Part shown: piece after piece, positions 24,398-38,004 of the stretch
Numbering within the stretch: position 1 is the stretch's first letter
Layout of the letters: every line of letters starts with the position of its first letter
Made by a program: the position numbers and the translations under genes
Notes under the pieces: generated by a model
Databases searched by the model: none
Seen by the model: the letters and a program-made list of their open reading frames with translations, nothing else
Told to the model about the DNA's origin: nothing
Source: Squalus acanthias
Lineage: Eukaryota
Direction: 5' to 3'
DNA: 64,000 nt
Assembly (NCBI GenBank): GCA_030390025.1
Contig: CM059431.1
Coordinates: 129,272,001 to 129,336,000, forward strand

Positions 24398-26126
24398 GAC
24401 ATATTGTGCTGCTATTCTAAATTTGGTAGATATTCTTAACTAAAGTATGATATTTTTCCATAAACAGCACTAGCCTATGCTCAGTTAACAATATGTAAAA
24501 GAATTAATCACTTTTATTTTAAATGTATTTAATTAAATTCAATAAAATTGTCAGTGAGAACATTATCTGACTAAACCAGATATGACCATAAAGGAACAGA
24601 AAAAATAAAAGGTTTAGCCTACCATCTACAGGCGCTTTGTGGAATTCATCTCCTCAGAATTAATTTCAAATTCAGCATCACAATCACGAGGGACGATTTT
24701 AACTCGGGCAGGGTATTGTGCGTCCGAGGTACAAGGCAGGCGACACCCCCCATGACGGTGTTGGCATGAGGCCCAGGCCATTTTAACTCCAGGGCCTAAT
24801 CAAGATCATCTACAGAATCGGGCAGCCTGCCCACATGACCCATGCAATTTCAGGCACTGCCCCCCACTTTACTGATGCATCCTTGGAGGTGCTAATGAAG
24901 AAAGTGAGGACCAGGATGGAAGTACAGTTTCCCAGCACCCACAGGAGCATCCCCAAGGACACTTAAAGCAAGCCTGAACAGAGGTGTTTGAGAGGGTCAG
25001 TGCCAGCAGCATCCCCTCAGGACCTGGGTTCAATGTAGAAAGAGGTTTGATGCCCTCACAAGAGCAGCAAGGATGTGTACAGCTCTTCACCTCTCCACCT
25101 CTCTCAGCAATACATGAAAACAAACCTCTCACCCCATTCCCCATAACGCTCAACTATTACTTCCCCTACATCACATCCTTCACCATACAATCACAAGGCC
25201 ACACTATTTACAAACACACTCACTTCTTCCTTTCCTCTCCTCACACCACACACACTAGCACCATTATCTTCTCAGATGCTACCACTTGCACAACCACAAA
25301 AGAAAGAGAAAATGGAAAAGAGTTAGGATGGGAGCGAGAAGCTGCACATGATCAGGTAACAGTCTGAAGCATGCAGGTTGAAGTTGCTCAGCTTGCAGCA
25401 TCACTCCTTATTCACTTTCCATCGCACACACTTCCCTTTACATTCAGCACTTCCCTATTATCATTACATCTTGATTCTTCTACATCTCGCAATACAATCA
25501 CCATATGCACAAGCCTCACATATCTACACTTGTCTTTCCAGCGCACACTCACTCTTGCCTTTTCTTTTTACAGGACAGCACATAATGCCAGGGAGAGGAA
25601 CAGGATGGGTGGAGGAGACCCCAACATCATCTCAATCACACAGGCAGAGCAAGAAGCCCTGGAGATCACTGGCCCAAGGAGGGTGATGAGCATTTGGCCA
25701 GAAGAGGCTGGTGACATACCCAAGCAGGGCATCTTCATATTACTTGTATCCCTTCATTCAACTCTGCACAGATGCTGCAAGCTTAGCAACTTCAACCTGC
25801 ATGCTCCAGACTGTTACCTGATCATGTGCAGCTTCTCTCTCCCATCCTAACTCTTCTCCATTTTCTCTTTCTTCCCAGTCCTTCTCAACAAAAAGAAGTA
25901 CCAGCAGAAGAACAGACCTTGGAGGAAAATAATCCCACTGAGGATGCAGCATCAGCTGTTCCACCATACTAGGCACCAAATCAGACATTGGCACTCAGCG
26001 TAGGCTAGATGGCGAGCTAGAGGGGTCTGCACATAAAAAGCACCCAGCACCACTGGGCTGCAGCAGCAAGTGGCAGAACACAGGAGAGATCTTGCTATCC
26101 ATTCTGCTGCTTGTTCCCTGACTCCT

Positions 26127-26602
26127 CATGCTCTGACCTTAGTCCTGCGACTACTGTGTGGTACCTTATTAAAGGCCGTTTGAAAATCCAAGTATCTTAC
26201 ATCTATTACATTAACCTTATATACTCTTTCTGTTACTTCTTCAAATAATTCAGAAAGGTTGGTCAAGCATGACCTTCCCTTTTGGAATGTGTGCTGACTA
26301 TTCTTTACTATATTTTTGGTTTCTAGATGTGTTTCTATTACATCTTTGAGTAAAGATTCCATTAACTTTCCTACCACCAACATTAAGCTAACTGGTCTGT
26401 AGTTCCCTGGACTTGTTATATCTCCCTTTTTGAATATAGGAATAACATTAGCTGTCCACCAGTCCTCTGGCAGTATTCACTTTTAAAATTAATTTTTATA
26501 TACATATAATAGTGCCTTTGCTATCTCTTCCCTTGCTTATTTTAGTATGCGCTGATGCAATCCAATCAGACCAGGTGTTTTATCCTCTCTAAGTTTGACT
26601 AG
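26127..26602 (-). mobile_element. CR1 RT fragment
   Basis: ORF 26126-26383 GKLMESL...GRSCLTNL...YLDFQTAFNKVPH. Confidence 0.85.
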
Positions 26603-28112
26603 CTGTACATTGATAATGTTGTACCTTTTCTATTGATGAATATTACTGTCTCGTGTTCCAGTGCCTTGATGACGACATGTCTATCATGCCCCATAGAAAC
26701 ATAGAAACATAGAAACATATGTGAGGGAAGCCAGCCACTGCTGCAAAGCCACAAATTCATTCCTGTTGACTGCTGAGTTCAGTGGGGCAGGTAAAATACT
26801 GCTCGACCCTGGCAAAAAGGCCATCAGTCACCTGCTTAATGTAGCTGTGAATGGCAGACTGCAAGATGCAGCTGGTGTCCCCTGTTGCAGAATGAATGGA
26901 ACCAGTGGCTTAAAAAGTCAGGGCTGTGGTGACTATGAGGGCCATTGGCATTGCACGTCCCCCTGGTCCAGCATGCTGCAGGTCCCGTTGCAGGATGTTC
27001 CAGAAGTCTGCAAGAGCCTGCCTGGAGAAGCGCAGCCTCTTCCTGTACTGCTCTTCAGTTAGGTCCAGGAAGGTAAGTCTTGGCTGTAGATCATGTGTGC
27101 TGGGTATGGCCTCTTGCATGCAGTCCCCTCACCTGATGTACTCTGAGAGGCCAAGGTGGTAGCTCCAGAGGTTGCTGCTGCTGCTGTTGTTCCTCCTTCA
27201 TGTCTTGCTCCATCCAGAAGAAAGAAGCAAAAATGGCTCCTGTAATAAGTAGAGACACCGGACTGAAGACAACAAAAGTGTAGAAGTCCTGATCTGGAAA
27301 CTGGAAATTCTCCATGCAGTCCAGACCACAGAAGATGCTGTGATCCAGTGAGTTACAGCTGAGAGCCCTCTTTTATGCAGCTTCAGGACCTCTCAGACAC
27401 CAATCCCTCTCGGTTTTGCTGGCGGGTCCTAGAATGGGCAGAGCATCCACAAATTCGAGTTAAAAAGCAGTGTGGGGGTTGCTGTGGGGTGGGTACAACA
27501 TCATCTTTGACCTTTTAATTAGTACACCAACAATAACAACAATATTGTTGTTGTTTTAATTAGTATCCGCTTGCCTGGGGCGGGTGCCTGACACATGGGG
27601 GGCGATTTTCCCAGCCCCGAGGAGGCGGGTTTGGAGGCGGGTCAGGAGGGAAAATCGCAAAAAATGAGTGCAGGTTCGGAACCTGCCTCCAACCCGCTTC
27701 CGCGCAATTTTGCCGGAGGCGGTTTTGATGGGTGTGATTCAGCAGTCCAGAGAGGTAGTTAAGACCCTTAAATGGTAATTAAAGGACTCTGTAATCCTAT
27801 TTTGAGAGGCCCTCATTATTTTTCCACATTTTCAGCGTGCTCCACGACCCTCCTAAACCACGCCAGCTAATCCTGGCGGGTTGACAAGTGTGTGGCCTCC
27901 TCACAGCTGCAGCTCCACCATTAAAACGGAGCTTTCATCAGAGATTAGTTGCAGGTGGCAGAACTTTGCTTCAAAAGGTCTTTCAGCACTTTTAGCAGGC
28001 GTTCCAAAGTCGGAGGTGCTGCAGCTTCTATCTCTCAACTGTGGGACCTCCTTGGAAGACCTTCTCCCCACTTGGACTGAGCGCTTCCCCAACGGAGGTA
28101 TCTGCCAGCAGC

Positions 28113-29860
28113 ATGGGAACCATTTATTTCCTTTCACCATGGAGCTCAGAATCGGATGAGGAGCAACCACGGCAGCAGCAGAACCAGGCAGCTCAGCAGC
28201 AACAGCAGAAGGAGCCCCAACCTCCTGCTTAGCCACCTGATGCTGCACATGGCAGAAGGCACCAGCGCATGGAAGTACATCGCCGCAGGAGATACCCCCA
28301 ACACAGGGTTTACAGACAGAGGATGAGCTACTTCAACATGAGTGAGCAGCAGTGCCAAAGGAGGCTGAGACTTTCGCGAGATGTTGTCCGAGACATCTGC
28401 ACACTGCTGCACCAACACCTGAACCCAGAGAAGTGGGTGGACAACCCTTACCAGTGGCTGTCAAAGTCACCACCGCACTCAACTTTTTGCCTCAGGCTCC
28501 TTCCAGGGATCATCAGCAGACATCAACAGCATCTCCCAGTCGGCCGCCCACAGTTGCATCACGCAAGTTACTGATGCCCTTTTCGCTAATGCCCACAATT
28601 ACATCCACTTCTCAAGGGATCAAGCAAGTGTCACCACGCGTTCGCTTGGCTTTGCAAATATGGCAGGCTTGCCAATGGTGCAGGGCGTCATAGACTGCAC
28701 ACATGTGGCCCTAAGGGCACCCCATCATAACCCAGCTATCTTTGTCAACCGCAAACGTTTCCACTCCCTCAACGTACAGCTGGTGTGTAACCACGAGAAG
28801 GAGTTTTTGCATGTTTGCGCCAAGTTCTGTGGTAGTTGCCATGACTCTTTCAACCTGCGGAACTCTAGTGTTCCTCCGCTTTTCAATCCACCAAACCAAC
28901 TTAATGGCTAGCTCCTCGGTGACAAAGGCTACCCCCTGAAGAAGTGGCCAATGACGCCAATCAGGAGGCCAGCTAACGAGGCTGAAGAGCGCAACATTGC
29001 CAGCCACACTTCGGTCAGGTCCATCATCGAGCAAACCATTGGCTTGCTGAAGATGCGATTCTGATGCCTTGACAGATCAGGTGGAGCCCTGCAGTATTCA
29101 GCAGCCAGGGTCTCCAGAATGGTCGTGGTCTGCTGTGCACTGCACAACATGGCACAGTGTCATGGCTTGCAGCTTCCTGATGAGCAAGTGGCTCATAGAA
29201 ACATAGAAACATAGAAACATAGAAGATAGGAGCAGGATTAGGCCATTCGGCCCCTCGAGCCTGCTCCGCCATTCGATGAGATCATGGCTGATCATCCAAA
29301 CTCAGTACCCTGTACCTGCCTTCTCCCCATATCCCTTGATACCTTTAGCTTTAAGAAATATATCTAACTCATTCTTGAATATATTTAATGACTTGGCCTC
29401 AACTACCTTCTGTGGTAGAGAATTCCACAGGTTCACCACTCTCTGGGTGAAGAAATTCTTCCTCATTTCTGTCCTAAATGGCTTACCCCTTATCCTTAGA
29501 TTATGACCCCTGGTTCTGGACTCTCCGACCATCGGGAACATTCTTCCTGCATCTAGTTTGTCCAGACCTGTCAGAATTTTATATGTTTCGATGAGATCTC
29601 CTCTCATTCTTCTATACTCCAGCGAGTATAAGCCCAATCGACCCAATCTCTCCTCATATGTCATTCCTGCGTTCCTAGCCTCCTCAGATGAGGATGAGGA
29701 GGCAGAGGAGGAGGATGAGGAGGCTGAGGAGGAGGAGGGGCAGGAGGAGGGGCAGGAGGAGGACCGAGCGCCAGTCTATCAACCAGCAGCAGCGGCAGCA
29801 TGCGAGCACATGGCTGCCCGTGATGCAAGGGATGAACTTATCCTGGCCAGATTTGCATAG
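28113..29860 (+). pseudogene. Harbinger DDE transposase, disrupted (stops, frameshifts, CR1 insertion)
   Basis: [43 protein letters not shown], acidic tail, ARDARDELILARFA*. Confidence 0.9.
29195..29664 (-). mobile_element. CR1 3' fragment inside the transposase gene
   Basis: ORF 29302-29664 YEERLGRLGLYSLEYRRMRGDLIE...WNSLP; (ATAGAAAC)n tail. Confidence 0.92.
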
Positions 29861-30042
29861 GTTGCCCATGTTGGCACATGTAACTTGGCTCCATCTTACG
29901 ACATGATAGACAATGGGCATGACTCTCTGGCCTCCTTTCACTCTGGCCACCAACCTGACCATGCAATTGTCGCGGAGCCCGCAATGTGGAATAAGGTGAA
30001 ATAACAGATGCCATCACGCCAACATTTTGCCATCAAACATTT

Positions 30043-30282
30043 TTATGCTTTCCAACAGGGATGGCATTTCATCAATACACATAAACATTCATCCAATCTG
30101 CACACAGATCTGGAGGTTATATCCCTTGCCAGCTGGACCCACACAGCCTTGGTTTCTTTTGGAGGCCTCTTCCTCCCAGATGAGGGGAAGAGCACCTCCC
30201 TGCTAGCTCTCGCCCCCTCAACCAACATTTGCAGCGCCTCATCCGAGAACCTCGGGGAGGCCCTTGCCTTGGAATTGGACAT
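30043..30282 (-). pseudogene. Truncated Harbinger Myb/SANT exon 1
   Basis: MSNSKARASPRFSDEALQMLVEG...REVLFP...W. Confidence 0.8.
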
Positions 30283-32454
30283 AGTGATTTCTCAGAATAT
30301 GTTGCAGGTGGTGCAGCATCGACAGAAATCCAGTGGAATGATCCAAGGCAGCAAGCAGCCCTTAAATGAGGCTGGAAAAGTGATGTCAGCAGAGGCGAGT
30401 TTCAGTCCCAAAACACTAATTGGCCAAGGGCAACCCACACCTCTGAAATCAACTGGCCAATTAGGGGAAAATCACAATTTTTTCCCACCTCTCAGTGGAG
30501 GCGAGTTTGGAACCCACCCAAACCGAAACCCGCCTCCAACCCGCCTCGAGTGAGAAAATCGGCCCCATAGCGACAAGCAGGCCAGTTAAAATGGCGGGGA
30601 GGCGGGAATGGTTGCGGGAAGGGTGCGGAGCAACCACAGAGACAAATCTCCCTCCCACATCGTTTACGTGGTTAAAGTCGACCATTTAGTGTCAACCTTC
30701 CCGCTCCACATCCACACCTCCCACTGAGCAGAAAGCAGACAACAAAAACACTTTCAATCAAGGATTGAATTAAATGCCCCCACTGAGCAGAACTGAACAT
30801 AAAATGTTGAATACCTAAAGACCCCTTCCAATGAACTCTTATTTCCTTCAGGCCCTTTATTGACCAGCGGTGCTTCACTGGTTAGCCATTGGGCCATTCT
30901 TTTGTGCTGCTGCTGGCTGCTCGATGCAGCTGGACCATTCCCCTCCCCCAGTACTGCTGATAGACACCTCTTCCCAAAGACATGGGACAGTGTGTGGAGC
31001 TAGCACTGTGAAAGGCAGGAAAGCAAGGCTAGAAGTGGAGGCCTTTGACTTGCTATTGTCCTTGCAGGTGGGTAGAGTGGGACCGGAGCAGAAACCTTTG
31101 CTTTCTATTTATTATTATTGCGGCCATCATGGCAGGGAGCTTGCCTCTGCCCTTCCCCTGCTCTCTTCCTTTCTCTCTCTCTTCTTCCCTCTTGTCCCCT
31201 CTTTCCTCTCCTCTAGCTGCACTACTCCTCCTCTTCCTCTTGCAGGGGGAATGAGGGAGGGGTTGGGACAGGAGGAGCAAAGGCAGGGAAACTTCCTCAG
31301 TAGGGAGGGAAAGGCCAGCGAGCTCACTCAGTGGGAAGGGGAAAGCTCGCCTGCCTTCCATCAGGCCTGGAATAGACATTTCACCAAAAAATGTAAGACA
31401 GGCCACATTGACATTAATTTTGTCTCTGATGACATGGCCTTATCCTACCTGGCACAAAATAAGTAAAGTTGTTAGATATTTTGAAATTCTCATGTCAAAC
31501 ATCTAGAGGAGACCTAGATGTACTAGTCAAAGAGAAAGGAAAGTCTAAGGGGAATGCTTTGAACCAGAATTTACTCTTCCGAGATGTTCCTGTCTCTTTA
31601 AAGTAAACAAACAGTTCTGACTTTTGATAAGCAGAAGGCAATGCACAAGGCTAGAAATTGCCCTTTGCATATACTTGTAAAGAGGACAGTATTTTGGCCA
31701 TTTTTACTGAATTATTTCAGATGCCTGAAAAGGAAATGTCTATAGCGAGCCAAATGTTTGTGGCTTTGTTGCTGTTCTCAGCTGGCAACTAAGTCTGCAG
31801 GATTAATATAAAGGAGTTCTACCAAACAGCAGGCTTTCATAATGTCCTGGGGCCAATCAGCTTAAACACATGACGATCAGACCATCTGCCCATAATGTGG
31901 AATTTTTCAGAAAATCTTTCCATTCAATAACTATGCATATGGCCTCTGAAGCTGTGGAAAATTAGTGGTCCAACCTCACTTATTTCCTAATGGTTCATGG
32001 ACTTTGCCACATCTGCTTTTCTGGGGTGGAGCAGGGTAGTTGTGTGGTCAATTTTTCTTTGCCAATATTGATTTGGCCATATCTTGTTTTTTGTATCTGT
32101 CATGTCTGATCAATCAACATTTTACTGACACTACACTCCCAACAGGGTGCCATGCCTAAAGGGAATGCAGAGAATTGGCTTGACATTGTTGTATTCCTAT
32201 CTCTGACCTGTCCTATCCTCAAGAGTGGCTCCCTATTGGGAATATGGCATCATAAATTACCCGATTAGGTGGCCTTTTTAGAATATCTGCTCAATTTTGG
32301 CATGGTTTTATTCACATGTCCAAGTAGCAGGTGCTGCTAGCAGGTAACCTCAGAAATGGAAACATGAGGGGGAATCTTAACTCTCTTCGCTTGGTGGGAT
32401 GGAGTGGGCAAGCAGTTAAGAGGCAAGAGTGCTACCAACTGAGCCACGGCTAAC

Positions 32455-33025
32455 ATGGCTGAAGGGTCGATAACCAGAAGGCACAGACTTAAGGTGATCG
32501 GCAAAAGAACCAGAGGCAACATGAGGAAAAAAAAAATTATGCAACGAGTGGTTCGGATTTGGAATGAACTCACAGAATCACAGAATCACAGAATCCCCAC
32601 AGTGCAGATAGAGGCCATTTCGGCCCATCGAGCCTGCACCGACACACATCCCACCCTATTCCCGTAACCCCGCGTATTTAATCCCCCCCTAACACTAAGG
32701 GTCAATTTATCATAGCCAAATCAACCTAACCCACACATCTTTAGACTGTGGGAGGAAACCGGAGCACCCGGAGGAAACCCACGCAGACACGGGGAGAATG
32801 TGCAAACTCCACACAGACAGTCTGATAGGGTGGTGGTTACAGATTCAAAAGTAGCCTTCAGAAGGGAATTGGATAAATACTTGAAGGAGAAAAAATCGCA
32901 GGGATATGGGAAAAGAGCAGGAGAGCGGGACTAACTGGATTGCTCTTCAACAGAGCGGGCGCAGACTCGATGGGCCGAATGACCTCCTTCTGTGTTGTAC
33001 TATTGTATGATTCTATGATTCTCTC
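32455..33025 (+). mobile_element. CR1 3' fragment interrupted by an HE1-like SINE
   Basis: GSITRRHRLKV...QRVVRIWNEL; (ATTCTATG) tail at ~33010. Confidence 0.8.
32570..32822 (-). mobile_element. 5'-truncated HE1/V-SINE-like SINE
   Basis: Reverse complement of the 8549 SINE core; (CACAGAAT)n tail. Confidence 0.88.
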
Positions 33026-33057
33026 ATTAACATGGGACAGCTCCATTTCCCATTCCA

Positions 33058-34545
33058 TTGCATAGGATTACATAGGATATATGGCACAGAAACAGGCCAT
33101 TCGGTCCAACCAGTCCATGCCGAAATTTATGCTCCACTCGAGCCTCCTCCCGTCTTTCCTCATCTAAATCTATCAGCATAACCCTCTATTCCCTTCTCCC
33201 TCATAGGCTTATCTAACCACCCTTAAATGTATCTATAGTATTCGCTTCAACCAGTCCCTGTGGTAGCGAGTTCCACATTCTCACCACTCTCTGGGTAAAG
33301 AAGTTTCTTCTGAATTCCCTATTTGATTTCTTGGTAATGGCCCGAAAATTAGACCTAATACGGGAGATTACGCACTGTGTACTCTCGCGTATTAGGTCTC
33401 GAAGTGCTGGTTTCCTGCATGCACTGCGCATGCACGGGAAACCGGCACTTCGGGTATTGCGAAGGGGGCGGTTCCTAAGTGAACCGCGTGCGCACTACAG
33501 GTTGCGCGCACGCAACACACTTAGTTTTTTTTTCAGGTTTGAACGCGCAGGTAAGTGTTGAAGATTTTACACATGAAAAAAGCAGGCGTAAGACCCCCTT
33601 TTAACAAGGTAAGTAGTTAATTAAGTATTATTTTAAAATTTTTTCAACAGGTTTATCTTTTTTAGAGACTTTAAAGAAAGGCAAGTTTAGTTTTATAACT
33701 TTTAAAAATAATTTAAATTTTTCAAAAATTTAAATTTTTGTTTAAAGTGGTTAATTTATTTAACTATAGTTATTTTATTAATGTGATGGCTTTTCTTTTT
33801 AAATTTAATTGAGGTTTAGCTGTTCTTTTGGGGGCTTGTTGTATTCATAGTTTTGACAGCTCTTCCTGTCAAAACTATGAATGAAAGATGGTGTGCTGCC
33901 ATTGGCTCTAACTGGCCCACGTGATCCCAGAGGTCGCATCGAACTAATTGCACCTCTGGGACACGCACACACTGCACGCCGGCACCAGGGAGAGGCCCAG
34001 GAACTGAAGTTCATGTGGGCCAAAACCATAAAGGCAGGCGCGGAGTGCGATATCGCAGGGGATCCTTACCCCCGCGGCAACCATCGAAGTCCAATTTCTG
34101 GGCCAATATCTTATATTGATATCCTCTAGTTATGCTCTTTCCCACAAGTGAAAACATACTCTCTATATCTACTCTATCAAACCCTTTCATAATTTTATAG
34201 ATCTCTATTAGGTCACCCCTCAGCCTTTTCTTTTCAAGAGAAAAGAGACCCAGCCTGCTCATCCTTTCCTGATAGGTATACCCTCGCATTTCTGGTATCA
34301 TCCTTGTAAATCTTCTCTGCACCCGCTCCAGTGCCTCTATATCCTTTTTATAATATGGCGACCAGAATTGTACGTAGTAATCCAAGTGTGGTCTAACCAA
34401 GGTTCGATACAAGTTTAGCACAACTTCACTACTTTTCAATTCTATCCCTCTAGAAATAAACCTTAGTGCTTGGTTTGCTTTTTTTATGGCCTTGTTAACC
34501 TGTGTCGCTACTTTTAGTGATTTGTGTATTTGTACTCCAAGATCC
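33058..34545 (-). mobile_element. CR1 3' fragment interrupted by a MITE
   Basis: ORF 34011-34580 EKDLGV...LVRPHLDY...GDLIEIYK; (CATAGGAT) tail. Confidence 0.88.
33339..34104. mobile_element. MITE with promoter-motif cassette (copy 2)
   Basis: TIR GGCCCGAAAATT / AATTTCTGGGCC; TSD AAT; inserted in CR1; closely similar to 61257. Confidence 0.9.
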
Positions 34546-34574
34546 TTTTCATTCCCACTGAACTCCAATATTAA

Positions 34575-37175
34575 CACCATTGGTTTTAGCAGCGGATGAG
34601 GTGTTCACCAGACTCAGGCGGGAGCCTCAATCATAAATGCGAATAGGGGTCCTATGACATCTGTAGAAGCCCGTTGGCATTTAACTGAGGCTTGAGCAGG
34701 AAAGCCACGGCATCTCCGCTGCCAGGTTGAAACAGATCAGCAGCTGGTGGGAAGGAGCAGTGGTGGATCTAGGTTTGGCCAAAGAGAGGCAGGCTGGGGG
34801 ACAAACTTAGTGGCTGGAATTTTTCCTACCTGGGCGGGTCCGGTGTGGGCGGTGTCTGTGGTGGGTCGCGACCCCGCTGCTGGCTCCATCCCGCTTGACA
34901 ATGGACTTACCTTAATGGGGCCTATTAAGCCCGCCCAACGTGTTACCCAGCCCAATGAGATGGAGCGGGTCTGCTGATGTTATTCATGACGTGTTTTCAG
35001 CTGGGATCCTTAAAGGGACCCTGGCCACATTACATTTGAAGTTTTATCTAACATAGTGCTGTCAGAGTACTACAGCATTGGAGTGCTGCAAACACTGACA
35101 ATGACTGCACAGAGGCAGAGGGCTGCACCCAGGTTCGCCAATGACTCCTGCCATATGCTTATAGAGGGAGTCAGAGCACGCAGGGAGGTCCTCTTCCATT
35201 ACAATAGGCGGAAGAGACCTCCCCAGGAGACCAAGACAGCCTGGTTGCAGATTGCAGAGGTGGTCACAAGCAGGGATGTCATAAGGAGGACTCGGCTGCA
35301 GTGCTACAAAAGTTTCAATGATCTCATTCAATCAGGAAACGTTAGTACAAAGCCACACTCAACTGCATCCTGCTGTGCCTCTCATCACATCCACATCAGT
35401 CTGCCTTCCCTACCCTACTCCTGCACATCCTTCCTCACACCAACATACCTTGCACCTCCACCCATCCCTCTCTAGCTACATTATCACTTCCACATCTCAG
35501 TAGCCACCCCTCACACTCATCCTCATCCTAGTGCAATCATACCAACTAACAACACACAAGGGTAGGCACTTGGGTGTTTTATGCAATGTTTATGTAAAGT
35601 TTCTGTTAATGTGGTGTCAAACATGAAAATCTTTATTTTCAACACTTTCCGGTCTTGAACAGATTTGTGTGCACTTTTAGAAGTGGCTCAGTGAGTTGCA
35701 GTGAATGGTGAGACATAACGGTACCCCCTGCAATGGTGATGAGTGTGAAAGGAATGGCTTGGTCATTGTAGGGATGCTTTATGGTGTTGGTGTGGGGTGG
35801 TGTCAACCTGGCACCATCATGTGGCAACCATATGGGTGTACAGCATAAAGTTAACTAAATCTGGCCATGATGAGTCCATCCCTGACCTCCCGGGCAGCAA
35901 TGTGCTCAGGTCCTGATGCCCTGTGTCCTGTGCAGCGTCAGGTGATTGCGGAGAAGGTTGGTGTTGTTGTTGGTGCTGCTGGTGTTGGGGCTCATCGTGG
36001 TCCGATTCTGAGGATCGAGGTGAGACAGTATAAACGGCACCCATGTTGATGGAATAGATGGCAGGTGAAGTACAGATGGCTGAAGCATTCTGTCAATGGT
36101 GAAAGAGTTCTTCCAATGAGGTGACACTGGATGGAGTCTTTGCTGGAAACATTTGCAGCCTGCAGAATCTGTGCTGGAAATGGACTGAGCAACAGTTTCT
36201 GCCCGAGGAAAGTGATCATCTGTCAGGTGGGAACTTTTACTGTACATTTGATGCTGTCAAGTAATCAGCTGGAGCAATGGCCATGGAACTCCCGCCTCAG
36301 GTTGACAGGCGTGCTTCCCGAGCTGCTTGAATCCCGTGGCCATGTAGGGAAATTTTAAAAGTAAGTGAAAAAATGCTCTTAAGTGCCTGTAAACTACCTG
36401 ATAATCATCTCAATTCAGTCCCCCGCCGCTGCTGGTCGGGTTGGCTCCGCGATGACAGACGCGCCTGGGGGAAAGGCGCGAGGGAGCGAGATGACAGTGG
36501 GTTCCCGGCCCGTTGTCAAAAATAGCAACTTTCCCACCCGACCCACCACCGATCGCGCCAGCTACCACCCCGGAAAATTCCGGCCAATGTTTGGCTGACA
36601 TGGAAGGAAAGACCGAGTTGGGAACTGCGGAACGTGGGCTTACCTAGTGCGAAGGGAGAGCAGGCAACCACACAGACTTGCAGGCCAAACCTGGAGGCCG
36701 AACACGGGTGACAGGTTCCCGGAAGCGAAATGAAGATGATGCTTCAAAGCTGCGATGGCAGACCTCAAAATGATTGGGGGGGCAGGGGGTGGTCATGATG
36801 CCCCTGATCCCCACCTGGCTCCGCCACTGGGATGGACTTCAGGTAAGTGAAAAACCTTCCTTTATGGGACCAGATGGAGCTGGAGTTCTCTTCTGGGCCC
36901 CACAGGGAAAGTCCCCTGCTCCGTACTCTCCACTTCCCTCCGGCGAGGACTTCCGTAAACCCTCTCCCTGCCAATCTGGCAGGCGGTCTTTGGCCACCCG
37001 ATCTTCCCCTGCTGGCAGCTGCTCTGATCCCCTTCTCGCCCATTCTGGGCAGTAAGTGGACTGGCTGGAGTTAAATAAGGCTCAGGAGTTAAAATATCCT
37101 GGACATGAAACTTAGGCCAGTGAGTGCATTTCACACTGCACCGTACCCCGCCCGCTCAGGGTTACAATCGACGCC
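34575..37175. mobile_element. Probable degraded non-autonomous DNA element hosting the 34812 Harbinger
   Basis: GC-rich, GGGTTACAATCGACGCC end resembling the GGGACGATTTTAAC-type TIR; partial resemblance to ~52930-53510; boundaries uncertain. Confidence 0.3.
34812..36585 (-). mobile_element. Non-autonomous Harbinger (family of 9926/46958), opposite orientation
   Basis: TIR GGCTGGAATTTT / AAAATTCCGGCC; flanks AGT/AAT; Myb ORF 35056-35475(+). Confidence 0.88.
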
Positions 37176-38004
37176 GTATATTTACTCAATGCCATATTAG
37201 CACTTTCCTCCAATCAAAATCAAGTTCACAAGGTTAGATTTTACGTATTTGTACTCCTGATATGGAGCTTTGTGTGCCAAGAGCGCACGTAGGGAATTGA
37301 GGTACGGACGCCAGTGGACTTGAAAGGATTTTCCGTGACTTCCATGCCTAAATTCCGATACGTGCTCTCTGGACATGTAGCTCCATGCCAGGAGTGTCAA
37401 TTTGTAAAATCTACCCTTAAAATATTAACAGAGCTGTCATTTGTATGTTCTTACCATTGCCATTAAAATTGCGAATAAACATCTGCGGTTGTTGAACGCT
37501 GTTGTACTATTAAAAACAGGCTATTTGTTTTCCTCAGTTACAAAATGTTAGATTTAATTATAGCCTTGAGTTCAAACAAATTAATTAAAGAGTTCCTGAA
37601 CAGTTTCCTGAGAGTTGTGTTTGTGACAGAGGCTAGCCAAATAAGGACTTTCTGAGTTCAATTCTTCATGTTACACTAATTTGTTTCTATTCGAGACTAA
37701 ATACAGGAAAACACTCGCTGCTGACAATATAATGTCTTGTGTAGTTAGGCCAGTAGAGCAACAGAATGTTTCTCTGAAAGCCTTAGGAAACAAATACGTT
37801 TACACCCTAAGCATCTGTTTGATTTTTTCATTGTATGCGTCATGAGTCAAACCCTGCTTGTAGTAGAACCTAATTTATTTGTGATTTCAGATGCTAAAAA
37901 ATATCAGTGAATATAAGATTTGAACTGCATAAGAATGGAGTGCTCAAAAAAGGTCACAATTCATCTGGATAGCCTCAGCAACTGACCTGAACACACAGAA
38001 TCAA

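Larger units (their letters stand above)
27598..30566 (+). mobile_element. Harbinger transposon, transposase plus truncated Myb gene
   Basis: 13-bp TIR GGGGGCGATTTTC / GAAAATCGGCCCC; flanks ATG/ATA. Confidence 0.88.
24690..30683 (-). mobile_element. Older Harbinger (Myb remnant on + ~24850-26100; transposase remnant on - ~26880-27230) hosting CR1 and a younger Harbinger
   Basis: Imperfect TIRs GGGACGATTTTAAC / GTTAAAGTCGACC; PHFTDASLEVL; AHNARERNRMGGG; LTFLDLTEEQYRKRLRFSRQ. Confidence 0.6.

Noticed and set aside
26695..26720. Short direct-repeat array (ATAGAAAC)n
   Set aside because: Orphan CR1 tail, not CRISPR; no spacers.
30870..31466. 198-aa ORF
   Set aside because: Low-complexity purine/pyrimidine tracts; no recognisable homology.
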